Of a DNA stretch of 64,000 nt, positions 61,894 to 64,000 are shown one piece after another (the stretch's first letter is position 1; the number at the start of each line of letters is the position of its first letter). This stretch comes from a bacterium (lineage in GTDB: Bacteria; UBA8248), in NCBI GenBank assembly GCA_965207065.1, contig OZ242260.1, forward strand, positions 1,504,001 to 1,568,000. Reading direction: 5' to 3'. The position numbers and the translations under genes were made by a program. Below the pieces are notes generated by a model. The model made no database searches, was not told where the DNA came from, and saw only the letters and a program-made list of their open reading frames with translations.

Positions 61894-62762
61894 TCCACGT
61901 TCTGTACTTGTTCGCGGATTTTCTCGATGGCGCTCTTCACATCGACCGCGCTCTGGGTGAGGACGAGATCGATGGATTTGGACGAGATCGTGTTGGCCTC
62001 GCGGTTCATCTCCTGGGTGAGGAAATCGAGCTTCCGGCCGATGGGGCCTTCGCCCTCAAGCATCTCGCGAAACTGGACGACGTGGCTGTCGAGACGGCTG
62101 AGCTCCTCGCTGATGTCCCCGCGCTCTGCGGCGTAGATCATCTCCTGTTCCAGGCGCCCCTCGTCCATATCGACGCCTTGGGCGATTTCGAGAATCCGCT
62201 CGCGCATCCGCTCGGTGAGCAGCCTGCGCGCCTCGGGCAGGCGTTCGCGTATCTCGCCGCAACCCTTCTCCACGGTGTCGAGATGCTCACAGATGTCTTT
62301 CGATAGCGCGCCGCCCTCTTTCTCGCGCATCTCTCCCAGGGCGCCCAGCGCATCGCCGAGAGATTCCATCAGGACGCCCCGAATCTCGTCCTTCTCGGGT
62401 TCCGGCTCGGCGCTCTTGAGCAGGTCTCTGAAGCCGGTGAGTATCGAGAGGTCGATCTCGCCCGCGATTCCCAGTTCATTTTTCAGGGATTTCAGGGTGG
62501 TGAGCAGGGATTTCGCGGCATCGGCGTCGATGGGCGATGCGTGGTTCCCCTCCTCTCCCGAGCGGATATAGATGTCGAAGCGTCCCCGGGAGAAGCGCTT
62601 TTTCACCGCCTCGCGCACCTCATTCTCCAGGGCGAGCGACCAGCGCGGCCCCCGGCAGGAAACCTCCAGGTAGCGGTGGTTCACCGAGCGCGCCTCCACG
62701 CTGACCGAAGCCTCGCCCAGCGGCCGCTCTCCCGCACCGTAACCCGTCATACTGTCTATCAT
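61890..62762 (-). CDS. yicC: YicC/YloC family endoribonuclease
   Basis: SMTGYG, RSVNHRYLE, GRKLDFLTQEMNREANT, IREQVQNVE. Confidence 0.95.
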   Translation of the reverse strand: MIDSMTGYGAGERPLGEASVSVEARSVNHRYLEVSCRGPRWSLALENEVREAVKKRFSRGRFDIYIRSGEEGNHASPIDADAAKSLLTTLKSLKNELGIAGEIDLSILTGFRDLLKSAEPEPEKDEIRGVLMESLGDALGALGEMREKEGGALSKDICEHLDTVEKGCGEIRERLPEARRLLTERMRERILEIAQGVDMDEGRLEQEMIYAAERGDISEELSRLDSHVVQFREMLEGEGPIGRKLDFLTQEMNREANTISSKSIDLVLTQSAVDVKSAIEKIREQVQNVE

Positions 62763-62877
62763 GTTCCGCCCCGTGATGTGTTGTTAACAGCTAACCTGAA
62801 AGAGTCTACAATAATTTTCCGCTCGGGGCGTGTCAATTTACGCGCTTCGAGAAGATGTCCTTGGTTTGGGGTGAATT

Positions 62878-64000
62878 ATGGATACTTTCGTGCTTCAGGC
62901 GATTTCAGCGGAGTTGAGCGAGAACCTTCTGGGCGCGCGCCTGGAGAGAATCTCCCAGACCGACACGCACACGATCGTCCTCTATATCTCGGGCGCGAGA
63001 AGAGATAAACGCGCCCTTCTGATAAGCACGGACCCCGCGAACCCGCGCGTTCACCTGACGACGGACCCTCCCCCGAGCCTGCCGGAGGCGCCCACCTTTT
63101 GCCGCGCGCTCAGAAAACACTTGAGCGGCCATCGCCTCACCCGCGTGGCGGCCGGAGAGTGGGAACGCGTGCTCCAGTTCTCCTTCGAGCGGGGGGGCGG
63201 CGATTCCTTCGCGCTCATGGCGGAGGTGATGGGACGCTGGAGCAACCTCGTGCTCTTAAGCGGCGCGACGGGCGAAATCTTGGAGGCCAGGAGATTCGTT
63301 CCGCCCGGCCCACACACCCCGCGTCCTCTGGAGAGAGGGGGCAGGTATCAACTGCCGCCCGAGCAGAAAAAGCAGAATCCGGGCGCGCTCACGAGAGAAG
63401 CGCTTTTGGAGATGATTCGCGAGGCGAACCTTGGCTCCGCAAGTCGCGAGGATTTCGCGCGCTGGCTGGTTCGATCTGTGGCGGGCGTGAGTCCGGTACT
63501 GGCGCGCGAGCTTGCTCTTGCCTCCGGCGACGGGGAAGGCTGGGCGGGTGCTGCGGACGCGCTGATGGGGGTGATCGAGAGCTACCAAAACAAGGAATTC
63601 GCCCCCGCATGGATTCTGGGTGCGCATGGCGAACCTGCGGGGCTGAGCGCGGCCCGAATCGGGGGCGGCGATGCGGCCAAGTACCGCGCGTTCGGTTCCA
63701 TGAACGAGGCGGCGGATGCGTTTTATGGACGGCTCGTGAGAGATTCCCGGCTTGATGAGCGGAAAAAAGTGGTCTCCAGAATGCTCCGCCGCGCGGGGAA
63801 TCGTGTGCGCTCCTCCATCGAGGGGGTGCGGAGGGATCTGGCCTCCGCCGGGGAGGCGGACGCGGTATTGAGGAAAGGCGAGTTGCTGCTCGCGCATCTG
63901 GACGTGGTGGAGGCGAAGGCGAGCTTCGTTTCGGTTCCTGCGGAGGACGGACCGCTCGAAATCGCGCTCGACCCCAGGTTCACGCCCTCGGAGAACGCGC
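62878..64000 (+). CDS. rqcH: NFACT/RqcH (FbpA-like) protein, runs off the window
   Basis: Own translation: MDTFVLQAISAEL..GARLERISQ, APTFCRALRKHL, EVMGRWSNLVL, IALDPRFTPSENA. Confidence 0.85.
   Translation, partial: MDTFVLQAISAELSENLLGARLERISQTDTHTIVLYISGARRDKRALLISTDPANPRVHLTTDPPPSLPEAPTFCRALRKHLSGHRLTRVAAGEWERVLQFSFERGGGDSFALMAEVMGRWSNLVLLSGATGEILEARRFVPPGPHTPRPLERGGRYQLPPEQKKQNPGALTREALLEMIREANLGSASREDFARWLVRSVAGVSPVLARELALASGDGEGWAGAADALMGVIESYQNKEFAPAWILGAHGEPAGLSAARIGGGDAAKYRAFGSMNEAADAFYGRLVRDSRLDERKKVVSRMLRRAGNRVRSSIEGVRRDLASAGEADAVLRKGELLLAHLDVVEAKASFVSVPAEDGPLEIALDPRFTPSENA

Overview
Bacterial DNA with two parts. About 1-53.8 kb is a large, decayed accessory island ending in tandem tyrosine integrases. 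About 54.2-64 kb is core chromosome (rarA, pyrF, VOC protein, family-4 UDG, coaBC, gmk, YicC, NFACT/RqcH) with one small AT-rich three-gene insert. Main island contents: (i) a nested stack at 6.5-16.2 kb, in which a group II intron is cut by IS256, IS256 is cut by a RIT element and by an IS110/IS1111, and the IS110 is cut by a large-serine-recombinase element; the IS256 and IS110 genes rejoin in frame. (ii) Two IS1111 non-coding right ends whose 9-nt guides match their own flanks; one appears to target the guide-RNA region of another IS1111. (iii) An IS1595 element carrying a coupled C5-MTase/PLD restriction system. (iv) An FRG-domain gene split in frame by an ORF-less group II intron. (v) A triterpenoid/sterol cluster: squalene epoxidase-oxidosqualene cyclase fusion, GPP34-P450 fusion and MMPL exporter. 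(vi) A conjugative leading-region-like block with a candidate oriT repeated across the island. Calx-beta remnants and an invertebrate-like Cys-rich domain hint at an animal-associated host; that is inference only. All family calls come from motif recognition, not database searches.
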